From Tubulanus polymorphus (Eukaryota > Animalia > Nemertea): 64,000 nucleotides of DNA. The position numbers were made by a program, and so were the translations under genes. Location of the stretch: NCBI RefSeq assembly GCF_964204645.1, contig NC_134029.1, forward strand, positions 5,270,001-5,334,000, read 5' to 3'. This document shows, piece after piece, positions 31,401 to 44,600 of this stretch. A model generated the notes under the pieces. It did not search any database. It was not told where the DNA came from and saw only the letters and a program-made list of their open reading frames with translations. The first letter of the stretch is position 1. The number at the start of each line of letters is the position of its first letter.

Positions 31401-34400
31401 GAGAATGAATCAATCATACAGGCGCGATAAAGAAATCTGGCACTGAAAATAGCAATTGAATTTGTGAAGTGAACTGTATGATTGGAACAAAGGCGAACAA
31501 TTTTATTAAAGTAGTACATGACAACATTATGTACGAGACATCAGTATGAAAATGACTCTTCAGTTTTTCTATAATCCGTTATCTAAAAAAGTCAAAGGCC
31601 AGGGCTATGCCAATATTATTTAGTTCAAATCTAAGTCTTTTCTGTCTATATCATCCCAACGAACACGGTAAAGTTAATACACAGCTTAGGTCGAGTAAAG
31701 GTGCGCGTTATATGAATAAATGATTTGATATATACTTAATGAAAGTTGAATCAGCGTATCGAACGTTGATTAGTAATTAAATTTCTTGATTGTTCGTTGG
31801 CGTGGAAGCAGTCAAGCATGCATCAAGTCATCAAATCTATCCGTCGTTGAATTCGAGGCAATATGAATGCGTAATTCAGCCACAAATTCCACTTCAGTTT
31901 TAGATCGAAATCGTTTTGCTTGTGCATTTGAAATTTTTGGAAAATGTTTCTCCCCTTGGGTTGCCTCATCTCTTTGGCTGTAAGCCATGTTGTGGTTGTT
32001 TATTTGTATGAGATGGAAAGATAAGAAATTACTCTTCTCGCAGTTTTTGCTGGTTGGCTTGTTTCTGCTGTCAGTTTCCGTGTTTATGAGCTGAAAGGCA
32101 TATGGTGTACATTCCGTACAGTTTCACACCCTCAGACAACGTTTTTTCCCTGGCGAAAACATAATTATTCTTCGTTTTGAATCCCTCACACCGAGATCCG
32201 GGCCGTCTTCAGTCTGCGGCTGGATATCTTGACTAATTGACATGTCTTGTCTTGAATTTACCATTGAAAAAATAGTTTATAAACATCTTCAGATTAGAAG
32301 CCAAACGTTGTAAGAACATGAGCCCAGAAATTTGATAATGGTTTGTTAAATGATTTCCCAAGTTGGACTTAGGAGTAGCCAACCTCGGAAACCCCGCAAA
32401 ACATCTGACATTTCCATATCTGGGAGTGATTTCACTCCGCTCACTTTCCCTCCGTAGTCTTGATGGGGGTTTATTTGGACAAGTGGCTCTCAGATGCAAT
32501 TCAGTGCTAACCAATCTGAGAGGCAGCTGTTCTTTAAACAGCATCTACATCTGTACTGATACATCACTCTTGACAAATAGCTACAAACCTACAGCTGTGA
32601 AACACAGTGGAAAACATGGCGAAATTTATTCCTTTTCGCACTTTGTCTGGCCGCGGATTTTTGTGCGGATAATTACATTGTTTAACGGTATATTTTATCC
32701 GTTCTGACAGTTTAAGTGCTTTTCAGTTTTCTTTGATCCGTTTTTCAAGAAATGGGAAAATAATTTTTTCTCTGCTATGCCTCTGCGCTAGTATGACCTA
32801 TGGGTGGGCTGTTCACGCCAATGTTCTCCGCTTGTTCTCCACACCTGAAGATAGAGCACATTTTAGTTCTTTATTGTCCGCGCTGCTTATCGTGTATTGC
32901 CTTGATAAAGACATAACTTCAAAGAGTCTCCTATCGGAAGTCAATATAAAGGTTAAGAGCGATTTTATTACCTATTCGAAATCATAATCGATAGGGCCAC
33001 TGTAAATAAATAATAAAACCCGAGTCTTATGTGTAATACTTGTCCGAACTTCATCTCAACCTGTTCTGGAGAGACATGACCAATGAAGTTGAGCTATACT
33101 TATCATCGGTGAAAATGGAAATGGAATTTTTCAGGTGCCTTCTTGATGATTTAGGCAGATTTATGAACTACAGATTTTGAAACATTTCTCCTCGCTGTGA
33201 CGGTATTTTTGAAACAATTTTTGGGGGGAACTTAAGCAGGCGAACAAAAGCTATGCAGAATAAGTCAGAGAGCGAGTTGTGCAGTCATGGAATTTTCCTA
33301 TTCATTCGAACTTGAAAAGTTCAGGCGTCTTAATAGATTTTTATTGCGCATTGTTATACAGTGAATGCAATATGAATTTCTTCACACTTGCCGGATAAAT
33401 GAAGTAATCTAAAAGCTATGGAAAACGGCTAGATCGCCTCTGAATAGGGCGATACTTCTATTAAACACTATTATAAAGTAAGAACAATGGAACTGAATGA
33501 AAATTTGATTGACAACTGGCAATCCGGCGCCACTATGTTCATTCCCGTATAGCTAATTTCTTCGCTCCTGACCACTTGACACAGTTCTTTCTGTGACCAG
33601 TTATTTGTCACCTCTAATCTATGGATTTCCTCGCTTTAAGATTTAAACCTTTCTTCACCCCTCTCTCTCTTCTCCAGTTATAGAATGCATTCAATATTAA
33701 ATGCTATATCGTATAACATTTTCTAACTGCCGCACCGAGGTGTGCGTCCTCTATCAAACAAAACCGTGACACTTCCTGTGTTCGGTTGTGAGCGATGTTT
33801 TTGTTCCGATCGTCAGAGTTTCTGCTCAATATCATGATAACTATAGTATACATTTCCGTCGTTAGAAAATGCGACAATAATTTTCTTATTGATTGTCATT
33901 ATATCAAGATACAGACCTCAGCCACGCAAACTTCATCTCTGTCTTCCGAACATCTTCTAGGATAGGTTTAGCTTTGACTTGAAAGTGAACTTTGATTGTG
34001 CGCCAAATTTTCAGTGCACTTAAATTTAAGTGATCAGTCTAGTCCTCCAACTTATCGATTTACTTGAGACCTACAAGCAAGTTTAGATAATTGCTCGTAG
34101 TTGAGACTAAGACCACAACTGACACCAGTGACAAGTACATGTAGCACACTTAAGGCTAAAGACCAGTAAAAACCTTCTGGTACTTAAGTCAAATCAAAAT
34201 TTTAGATTCGTGTGTCCTTCCTGGTTTGGTTGCACCTGTTAGGACCTTCTCAAATAGAAGGCAATAGACGAGAAATCTGACACTGTTGCTACTTCAGAGA
34301 ATGTCGCTGTAAGAAACGAATACCAACTTGTTGCAACGTGTCAAATTCATGCATTGAATATTGATGACAGTCGCAGGCACTGGTTTCCCAAAAAACAAGT

Positions 34401-37400
34401 CGTTCTCTGACAGTGCAGTATCTAACCGAAACCATTCATGTCTCTATGTAGATGTATTTTTTGGAAACCTGACCTGACAAGGAAATCTGTAGGAGGCTTG
34501 TGTGGTGGGAAACGAAACAGAGGTTTCCCGTAAAGAGAATGCGCTTTCCGTTCCGTTTGGCAATGGCAAATTAGTCCACTTTGTTAACGAGGTGAAAACT
34601 ACACCAGTTTGACAGCTGAAACTCTTCATTCTATCTGATTTGTAGAAATAAATACTTTCTCCATGAAAAATGAAAATTGATGCTTGTTTTTAGTTTTAGT
34701 CAGAATGAAAGCAATTTGAATTGATACCAAAAATATCGAGCTGTTCCACTGGTATAGATGTTATGATTGTCAGACTGATCCCCAAAAATGCAGGCTTTGA
34801 TATTTTAGCAGATCCATGAGGTTTAGTTACTGGCATTCCAAATTTCTGTTGCAGTGCCCCGCCAAATTTCACTATTGATAGCTTTGGATGGAAAATTTTG
34901 TTGAAAACTTTTTCGAGGTTTAGAGGCGGTGGCCATTATCCATACCACTTGTACGACTAGCAAATGTAGTTTTGAATTCAAATACATCGATAGGCCTAGC
35001 ACGTTCGTTGTGTCAGTTGAGAATGCAGGTTATTGCATATACAAATCGTGTCAAGATGATCACTTTGACCGAACTCTACATCTGACGATTGTGCGAACAG
35101 ACCCTGCCAGGTCCTCGAACCATCGCCATTTACAACGAGCACCCTTCGAAGAGAATAAACTGCGTATGAACAATCGTTCATAGCAAATATTCCTATCCCA
35201 GTTGTTTTGCTCTTTTGCAGCCTGAAGTGCGATTTTTATACCACCGGCGGATTCAAGTATGTATTTTATGTGTCCTCTCTCCCTCCTACTTTTTACTCGG
35301 TAATTTCAGCGCGCAGGTCTGGGAGAAAAATAGGAAGAAGTCGCTTCTAGGTCAAATAACACTTGCAGTAATCAAGAAGTGTGAATGGTGATCGAGTGAA
35401 TGTTCTTTTTTGTTGAAATATTTTTCACAGTCGAGTGTATTTTGAAACGGAAAGATTCATCTTGCGCCAGGCCTGGCCGGAGAGTATGGGGGAAATATGA
35501 TGGTGGAAAAATAAGCCAGATTCTCTCATCTATTTTGTATTTAGGTTGGTTATCGGATTACTATGGAAACATGTATAAACAGCATGTAACCTAGCATGGC
35601 TAATCAACTAACATTATTTCTGCACTGGGGATGAATTTTCGGAAAAGAAAATACCATCCCTTGGTGAGAAACTGCGCTGCCACAGAGTACACTGTAGAAC
35701 AAACGCGCCCGTCATTGGTATTTTGGTAAATGATGCCTGATGCATTCGGTTTGTTTTTTTCTTATTTTGTAGATATCCATGGATACATTGGTGATGATCT
35801 GGGGTGGTTTCTGTGTGCAGAGCCTCCATGGAATTGAAAACAAACCACGTAAATCACGAAAGGTATATATTCTTCGAAATGAAAGAGCCGATTGGTTTAT
35901 GGTCTTGTCGAAAAACGGAATATTTTCCCCTATTCCCTGCAAAAAAAACAAGTTTCAGGTTGTGGCAAAACTTTATGATTGATAAGCCTGGAGCGAAATT
36001 TTGGAAATGAAATTTTTGGAAAGTCGTAAAACTTATCGCATTGTCAAGTATATCATGCCTTCTCACGGCTAAAAACTTCCCGAGCTACAAACATTCTGCT
36101 TTGCATGCGATATAGAAAAACTTCATTATCAGACTAGATTGAATGAGAATGAGCTTATGTGTATGTCCAGGCAATGTTTGCGGGTCCGCGGTACTCCAAT
36201 GACATTTTTCTTTAAACGGCTTCTTCAGATGAGCGTCACGTAGTCTACGAAACGTTTCTCGGCTCTATTCAAATTCGGCTAAATACAATAGAATCAGTGC
36301 CTGAATTCGAGGTACCTTTTCTCGCGCGTTTTTAATCCGTTTCTTTGAGAAAGATTTATGAGTTGCGCCCATATTTTCTAACGAAATTCGGCTCTAAATG
36401 TTTCGCCCCGCCATTTTCCAGAGGTGTTAGATGGGAACGCCGAACTATTGTCAAGACAGATTATTTCAATTAGCCTAACAATTTTTTAGTGCTATCTTTC
36501 AACGAAATTGTTCGCTTTGAATGTGGCAAAACCCTTCAAATCAAAGACTCCTTGGCTTGATGAATTTGTAGACAAATTAGAACGGCATCTGAAAGCATCC
36601 TACACTGAATTTAGCCTCCCTTTTCTGACTTGATGCCAGCTTTTTATCAGGGAAAAAAGTAACTGTTTTTTCATTCCATGGTATTTTATGGGAGAATTTT
36701 ATGTCAAGCATCCATTAAGTTTTCGAAAAGACTGTCGTATTCATCTAAAAAAACCGGTGGTCTCCTTAGAGATTCCAAGGCTACGCAAGTTCAAGTGGTC
36801 CGTGGCTTTTCGATAAAATGTGCAAACTAAAACTTGTAAAAGACCATCCAAATATACTTTACTGTCTGAATGAGTTTGCCAATTCGCTGTTATGAAGCCA
36901 GTCTTGAAAACTGCATTTGAATGGGACATCCTTTTGAAACGGCGGCGTGCATTAGCATGTAAGTGCTAAAAAGTGTTGTATAGAGTCCATTATTGGCCGT
37001 GTCAACGTTGACACCTTCATATCTGTTTCATCTAAATTGTCTTGTTTAATTTTAATTGAAGGTTTCAGTGAACGGCGGGGTTTTCTTGTGCGTTCAGGCG
37101 AGTCGTCTCTTCAACCTGAATGAATACATTTAGTATTACTTAGTTAGATTGCTTTCTATTGGAATATTCCGATTGACAATTGTCACGACAATAGCGGACG
37201 GCTGAACAAATTTGCTCGCTATGTTGTGGGCTTTCGTGTGGGAACGGTTGTTCCATAGGAAGAAACAGATATTGTTCGCGTCTTTTGTCGCCCTCACGAA
37301 TTTCACCGGAGCTCTTGTGTGCGCGAAAGGTTTTCGGTGAAATCTTTCCGTGACCTTCTCTAGCCTATACTGCTCTGAGACGCTTTGCACACCTGCGTAA

Positions 37401-37500
37401 AACCCTCAACATTTCTATTCCCCGAACTTTGAAATGTTATTATTTCATTACGAAAGTTTCAAAGATAATCAGACGTGTATTCCATACTGGCAATCATCTT

Positions 37501-37531
37501 CATCATCATCATCATCATCATCCTCATCATC
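37501..37531. repeat. (CAT)n microsatellite
   Basis: CATCATCATCATCATCATCATCCTCATCATC. It produces the spurious poly-H, poly-S and poly-D ORFs in the track. Confidence 0.9.
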
Positions 37532-38383
37532 GGTGCAGTATTTCGGTTTCTCAAACCAAGACGAAGTTTTCAAATTTGTATCACGTGACCTATACGGCGG
37601 CGGACGACTCGAACGGGGCCTATCGGCGAGCGTTCGAGATTTCGTATTTTTTCGACCGAAATTCAAGCTACCGCGTACCGCGTTTTCATAATCAAAATAT
37701 TTTTTGTTTCGACTGTAAATAGAACAGCGAAGATAATACCGAAGAAGTACTACAACTTTCTATGACGAGTCCATCCGAATTAATTCTTAATTCTCCACTG
37801 TGGCATCGACACGGATTCTTCGTAGCCCGTTTTTTTTCATATGAAATGAATAAAAGATGTATCGTAACTTGCCTTCTCCGCAATAATTCAAAAATTTAGT
37901 ATCGAGTTTAGTACGGTGGTCGCGTGTTCGGGGGAAACGAAGCAATTAGCAACAACATCAAAGAAGATCATTACCGGCTATCTATGAGTGGAATGAATTT
38001 ATTTTCTAAAAAGAACTACGGGGAAACGTGCCACTATTTATTTATGCTAGTCATAATTGAAATGGTCGATTTTTGTTCATTACAAACGGGCGTCCTCCGC
38101 CGCACCGAACAGTCGTTTAATTATGTATTCCGTGTTATTGGAATCGTGGCACTTCTACGTTCGCACAAATAGACCTCTCAAACTTGAAATTGCTTTTCCA
38201 ATAGACTAGTTCCGCTTGGTACGCGAAGATAGCGAACCGAGCGAGAGTTTACGGCTGTGACTGCGGCAGTGTCCAGAAGCTGGCTAAACTACACCGCCGC
38301 CGAACGAACGTACCTCGCGGTGTTTTACTGTCGGGTGCGTGCGGAGAGGGAAGAATAGAAGGCGCACACGGGGCTCGTTCTGC

Positions 38384-38465
38384 CTATAAAAGAGCGGAAC
38401 GGGGTGGCGTGCACGAACACTATAAACACGCCTGCTCGCTCACAATACACGGCGCGCTATCAGTC
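38384..38465 (+). promoter_or_regulatory. Probable RGM core promoter
   Basis: CpG-rich region with CTATAAAAG (38384), CTATAAAC (38420) and Inr-like TCAGTC (38460), about 150-230 bp upstream of the RGM ATG. Confidence 0.55.
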
Positions 38466-38616
38466 GGCACATCTACTCACTGATAAATCTCACCGATGTT
38501 TATCTCCCGTCCGCGACTATGATACGCCGGATTATCGAACTGGATAATCCACGACAATTTCAAATAGGATAATAACATAGAAAAAAATACGGCGCCGAGA
38601 CGGACAGCGGATAGCG

Positions 38617-41600
38617 ATGTTTACGGGCAAATTAAGGTAAGGTTGAGCGCGGTCGTTTAGGTCCTCCCACATTTCACAAACGACTTGGCGATTATAATAC
38701 AGCCAAAACCGGCAGGGAGCCCGCCACTATCCGCATTCATTTTATACCTGTTTCATACCAAATTTAGGAAATGTATTTAACAAATTATGAACACTCGATT
38801 TCACCTTTTCAGTTTTATTTCCGTTCTATCGGCGTTTTATACACAGCCTGTTTGCGCGTCTCGTCAAATTTACACTACGACATATAGACTTTAAAATATA
38901 TACATAACCCGCTAAACTGATACTGCCATATGTTTTGATAATAATCACCTCAAATTTCTCGATCGATTTGAACGATAATATTTTCCGCGAGACAAGTTGT
39001 TGTTTTTAGTGTAATGTAGAATTTTCTGAATTTCCACTGCTGTCTGAACCAATATACCGATTTTATGAATTTCATATTCTGATCGAAAAAATTATATATT
39101 ACATATATAGGCAAAGTGAAGTGATATTATTGATCTTTAGTATGAAACGACTTTTATGAAATCAGATACAGTAGAACTCGCTTAATTCGGATTTTTCAAA
39201 CCGGATTTTCACTTAATTCGGTCGAAATATTTGGTCATTAAACCTGGAACCGTGTTAACTATTATTCATAATTTGGAATTTACTTAATTCGGAGAAATCT
39301 GGGCAGTCCATAGTCATCCGAATTAAGTGAGTTCTACTGTATATCAAATAGATAAACAGTACAAAATGAGAAAGAGACAAACCAACGAAAAAACATGCAA
39401 ATGGATTGTCGCTACAGTGCCTGAAAAGATCAATTTTGAGTACAAACTTTATTACAAACGCCTAAGCCATCATTGCGATCAGCGTTGTTGCCGTGGCTTA
39501 CCATAAGTGAATGAACTTCAGTTTCTTTTTTATCAACCTCGAATTTCCTTACGAAAACTGAATATGGTAATTAAACTTGTTCGAGATTTAGTTTTGTGAT
39601 CGAGTGTGTATAAGATATTTGTTTAGTCGAGTTGAAAGAAAAACGGAGCGCGTAAGAGACGGCCCGGTATAGGCATCTTCACATTTCGTTCAACAGGCAT
39701 AGAAAATATCATATATATATATATATGTTTTTTAAAAAAGTTTCGAAATTTTTTTGCGTCATCGCGCGGGTCACGACTGTGTCGCTCAGTGTTTTAAAAC
39801 CCTTTTCACCATGGATAGAATATTTTGAAATGAATATTTATCATCCATTTTGTGAATTTGGCCTTGTAACATAAGGCGGACTATATACGCTATCGCTCCG
39901 GATGCGTATGGGTCTGAAGCGTTTGAAATGCGAAAAAGCGTTATATACGCTTTCTACGTTTTTCTAGCGTTGGTTGTCAAACTAGAGGACTCTCGAGTTG
40001 TTGGGTATTGCGTTAAAATCGACCGGCTCGTCATACAGGATATATACACCGTGTACTTTAGTAGCCATATCATATATTCGCTGCAGCTTTAATAGTCGGC
40101 GATGAGTTTAGATATCATTTCGACCCCGAGTCAAATCGTTTTTAATTGCTGTCGTTAATTAATCGGTGTTGAATTCTTGGAACCTTATACGTTCAATACT
40201 ATAAATGGGGCTAATGAACGGAATAAATCCCAGAAAAATGATGGGATAGATTTCGGCTAGTCCGAATATATACTCATCCGATCTTACGGATTACCCTAAT
40301 AGTCATTTCGGGAACAGCGGTCAGGTTAGAAGACTATTCGGCATTGGGTCTCTGAAACGAGTCCTTTTGGACGTTACTGAAGCCCGTAATACGGTCAGGT
40401 ACTAGATTTCGGTATAGGGCCTCATGAGGTATTTTTTCTATTCAAATATATGGTAGAATGAATCATAGAAACGTAAGCGAATTATTATGTTCCAGCTAGA
40501 CCCTCCCCGACTTCGCTTGTTGGTATGCTCGCTTGACAGATATAGCCCCCTCTTGATTATTTTCCAGCCCATTTGAAACGAGATGGTTTGCAGCGGTGAT
40601 GTGGCATGTTAACCCAAATGCGTGAGAAATTAATGACACCAACACATGTTCAGCGCTTCACTATTCTTTCATGTTTTCACACGTTTTCATGTGTTCATGG
40701 TTCATATGTACATACTGCACATACATCGCCCATCGAACTGCTTTCATTTCAAAGATTCGATATTGCCGGTTTACACCGACTACGAGCGAACCGGAGTAGT
40801 CCGTGCAAGTTTCCAGTCCTTTGATTCTCAGCGTAAATGTGATTTTTGAAAATTCCAGATTTTAAGAAAATCTGGCTTCTGCGTTAAAGTTTTGACGGTA
40901 TCCCTATACTTGAAGAATTAATTGCCTATTTTGGCAGTGTATCGCGTGGGTGCGCCGATCGCGAAGATGCTCATACACGCTTTTTACGCTAGATGGCGCA
41001 TGGGTCGCATGGTTTTGCTACGTTCGCGCGAGGGCGGCTTTCGAGCAACCGGATTTGTTATTGAGTAAATCAAACTTACGAAGTAGAATTGATATACTTT
41101 TTGGGTCATTTTGGCTGAGAATTTTGGTTCGTGTGAGGCAACCCGGATTTTCGACAGTAGCAGACCATGATTCTCACGACTTAAGCTTCATTCTTGACGC
41201 ATAAAGACGATATATACATTGTATGGCCCAAGCGACAATTTGTTCTTTTCGAACGTTTAAAAATAGGCTTTCGTGATCTTTTTCATACGCTCTTAGTCGG
41301 CGGAAAATAGTTTTGCACAAAAACTTAGTGTTTTTTCTCACACCTCAATACATAGCTGTCAGTTTTAACACCTATAGCTTGAATGGCTGTTCGATGCGAA
41401 TAGGCCAGTGGAACGTTGCGAATGGTAGGCGTGTTTATAGCCGTACTACGCTCCGCCTGCGTACACACACGGCTATCTCTCAGTCAGTGTTGTAGTAGAA
41501 CTCGCCGTGAGTGTATCTCTCGACGAGAGGATTAGAGCCACATTTCGAAACCTATTCAAACCGGATTACGCGAATACAATGAACCGTTTTAAAGACAAAA

Positions 41601-44600
41601 GACATGATTAATTCAGTAACCGTTCATCGTCGGGTCCGTACAGTTAATAGTTTCTATCGTTGACGAAAAAGCGTCGTCGCGATCGAAAATGCCGGTTGAT
41701 AGTTGACTGAAATGCTGCCCGCGTTGTATTTCTACAGGACGAATGTTCGAAGTAGAAGATACGAGATCAACGAAGATAGTCGTCGAAACGGTGGCGGTGG
41801 TGGCAGCCACGAAAAACACGTATGGCAGGGAGGAATGTGGTCGCCAGGGGCTTCAGTAAACCGCTCCACCACCAGTAGCAGCATTCTATTCGTTACCATA
41901 TTGTTCGGATTCTTGAGTATTTCATCTGGTAAGCATTAATTACTCCTTTACTAACTCGCTCTTCTGTAGCCTTCATAATCACTCGATTCATTATTACTTC
42001 GTGAGTTATTTTTACTTATTAATCAATGATTCGAACGAAACCATTTCTTATCTGATACAATGCTAAAAATAGATGATTTAGAGTTACAGCTTTATGAATT
42101 GTTTGATTGGATATTCAACTGGTGCAATCTGTTTTACTAATTAGCATTTAATTCGTGGAGTCCCCTAATTGAATTTAGATTAAATTGTAATTGACGCGTT
42201 GTTCCGGCGTATTCGTGACAAGATTTTTATCACCATTTTTCATACGTCGATCGAAAAAATCTCTTTATCGATCAATATTCATCGATGATTTTGTTGTGAT
42301 TTCAGTGCGTTCTCAGTGTTTAGTCGATATGTGTTGGTTGCAGTACAAAGAAGCCCTCGGTTTCATGGAGGTTAACGTGAACTCGGAGGTGCAGTGCACG
42401 GCGTTCCGAACGTATTATTACTGCCTCAGGAATATGACTCGAAACTGTTTCGGAAATATTAAATATCACAGCGTGAAAAAAGTCGTCGAAAGCGGCATGA
42501 AAAACCATAACTGCACGCAGGAAGGCCCGGTCTACAAGCAGGCCGGTCAGGGAGCCGACGACGGCAAGAACATAACCCCGCATCGACCGGTGCGGCCGCC
42601 TCCGAGGCCGAATCGTATATGCGGATATAAAGGACGTTTAGTTCATCAACATTGCGGATTATTCGGCGATCCTCACATACGGACGTTCAACGGCGATTAT
42701 CAGACGTGTAAGGTGGCCGGAGCGTGGCCGTTAGTCGATAATAAATACGTGACGGTTCAGGTGACGAACGAACCGGTGTTAAAAACCGACGGACCTACCG
42801 CGACTAATAAGGTACGTATTTCCATGAACGGGACGTTCAACTTAGAGAGAACATAGCTAGATTGAATGATTTTTCAGGGCCGAAGAAGAGATAATCTGGC
42901 AGATTCTAGTTGGCTTGACTCATTCCGATACTTCTAAGTTAATGCCCACTCAGAGAAGATAGCTAGATGATTTTCAGGTCCAAAGAAGGATAATCTGGCA
43001 GATTCAAGTTTGCTTAACTCATTCAAATACCTTCAAGTTTGTGCCAACTCGACACGAATTTGAAACCGAATGTTTAGTTCTTTGCTCTGTTTGACAGCGG
43101 AAGCCTTTTACGATACCGTATCTGAATATACTGTAAGAAATGGCCACTATCCTGTCAACTACAGATCGCACAAGTCTAATCCGTTGAAGCTTCAACCTTG
43201 TCACAATTGTCATTGATTGTCACCAGTGAGAGGGAGAGAGGGATTTATGTATTTTTATGCCGAAGCGAATGAGACCTCTTAGAGCGTACATCAATGAAAC
43301 GATTTCCTGGATACTTCTCTCGAAAATCAATTCTGCAGCGATGCGGATAGATTTTGCTTCTCAGCTGCATCCGTCCTGTTACTTCAAGTCGGATGATCGT
43401 TGACGGTTTTTCTATATCCGTTGAAAGCGTACGGATGATTGCAACGCCAGCTATCCCACCAGATGGCATTTCTAGCAACCGTACCGGTAGGCGTTTAGAG
43501 TCAAACTTGTTAGTTCATTTTCCATGTTGAGGTCCTGAGTATCATAGAAAAAACATTATAGAAATTCATGTTTTCATACAGTGTTTGGTAGAGTTTTATA
43601 TCGACTCGATTTAGGTTAAGATATGAGCGACGAAGACAAACTGACTTTTACTAGCGAAACCTGGTGGATTCCGGATTGCCACACAGAAGGAATCCTCCAC
43701 TGCCACAGTAGCATTTTAATCCCTATTGCTCTGCCTCACTCAGCATTGCTATCTAACTATCCATACACGTAGTATAACAACATCTGGTAGTCATTGACCT
43801 CTGATTTCCTGTTTCACATCTGCATTACTTACAACCTCTGCTTCACACTTCTCTCTCTCAAACTTGTTTATGCCCTCAAAATAATATCGGAGATAACGAA
43901 GGCCTGCGTATTCAACTTGGGGGGAAAAAAGTAGGCCAGGTCGGTTTACTTCTGACAGCGGTGCGGTGGGGCTTCTAACACTCAAACCTTGGAGTGGGGG
44001 CAGAGTAGAGTTGATAGTCACTATCGTTGGTGTCAAAGTCCTCTAAGTCCTTCGTGAAGCGCGAATCTGGTCCAGTGTGGGTGGTTGTTTTAACTTTTAG
44101 AAACTTCAGTTTACTGTAGAGAATTAAGGCTTTGTCGTGTATGCATTGGGGATGCTTGATGATATTGGTCATTACTTTTATTTCATTCGACTTTTATACC
44201 TCTCTAGTCTGGTCCAATGTGGGAGGTAGTTTAGGATTCTTCAGTTTTCTTCAGAGAAAATATAAAGCGTTGTATCGACCAATCGAGATGCTCGTTGCTA
44301 TCGGTCGGTCATTAGTTTTATTTCGATACTGGGACCTTACTAAGGCAGGATTCAGAGCAGAATCGCTAGCATGATTCACGGAGACCCCCATAAAATCATA
44401 AAATGATTCATATACGCAGCAGCCATGCATGCTGCCACGCCATGCTGCACGCTGGCGTGATAAATGGTGTTATTAACCGGCATGAAATAGTTTCAAACAT
44501 TGTATCTTCTCATTACGAATCAGAATATGACACCAAGTTCCAGTTCTTTTATGTGTGTTCGGATGATTTATCTTATAGGCTGACAAGTTTCATTATGTGG

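Noticed and set aside
32363-32707. ORF with LRR-like LRSLSLRSLDGGLF
   Set aside because: A single short match with no repeat periodicity or splice support.
37429-37722. Poly-His, poly-Ser and poly-Asp ORFs
   Set aside because: Explained by the (CAT)n microsatellite.
38591-38601. GGCGCC-GAGAC possible BMP/Smad element in the RGM 5' region
   Set aside because: The spacing does not fit GGCGCC-N5-GTCT, and such a match is expected by chance in a CpG-rich region.
43457-43470. CTCF-like motifs (CCACCAGATGGCA here; similar near 14745, 46361 and 59733)
   Set aside because: Short motif matches, some in repeat remnants; not supportable without binding data.
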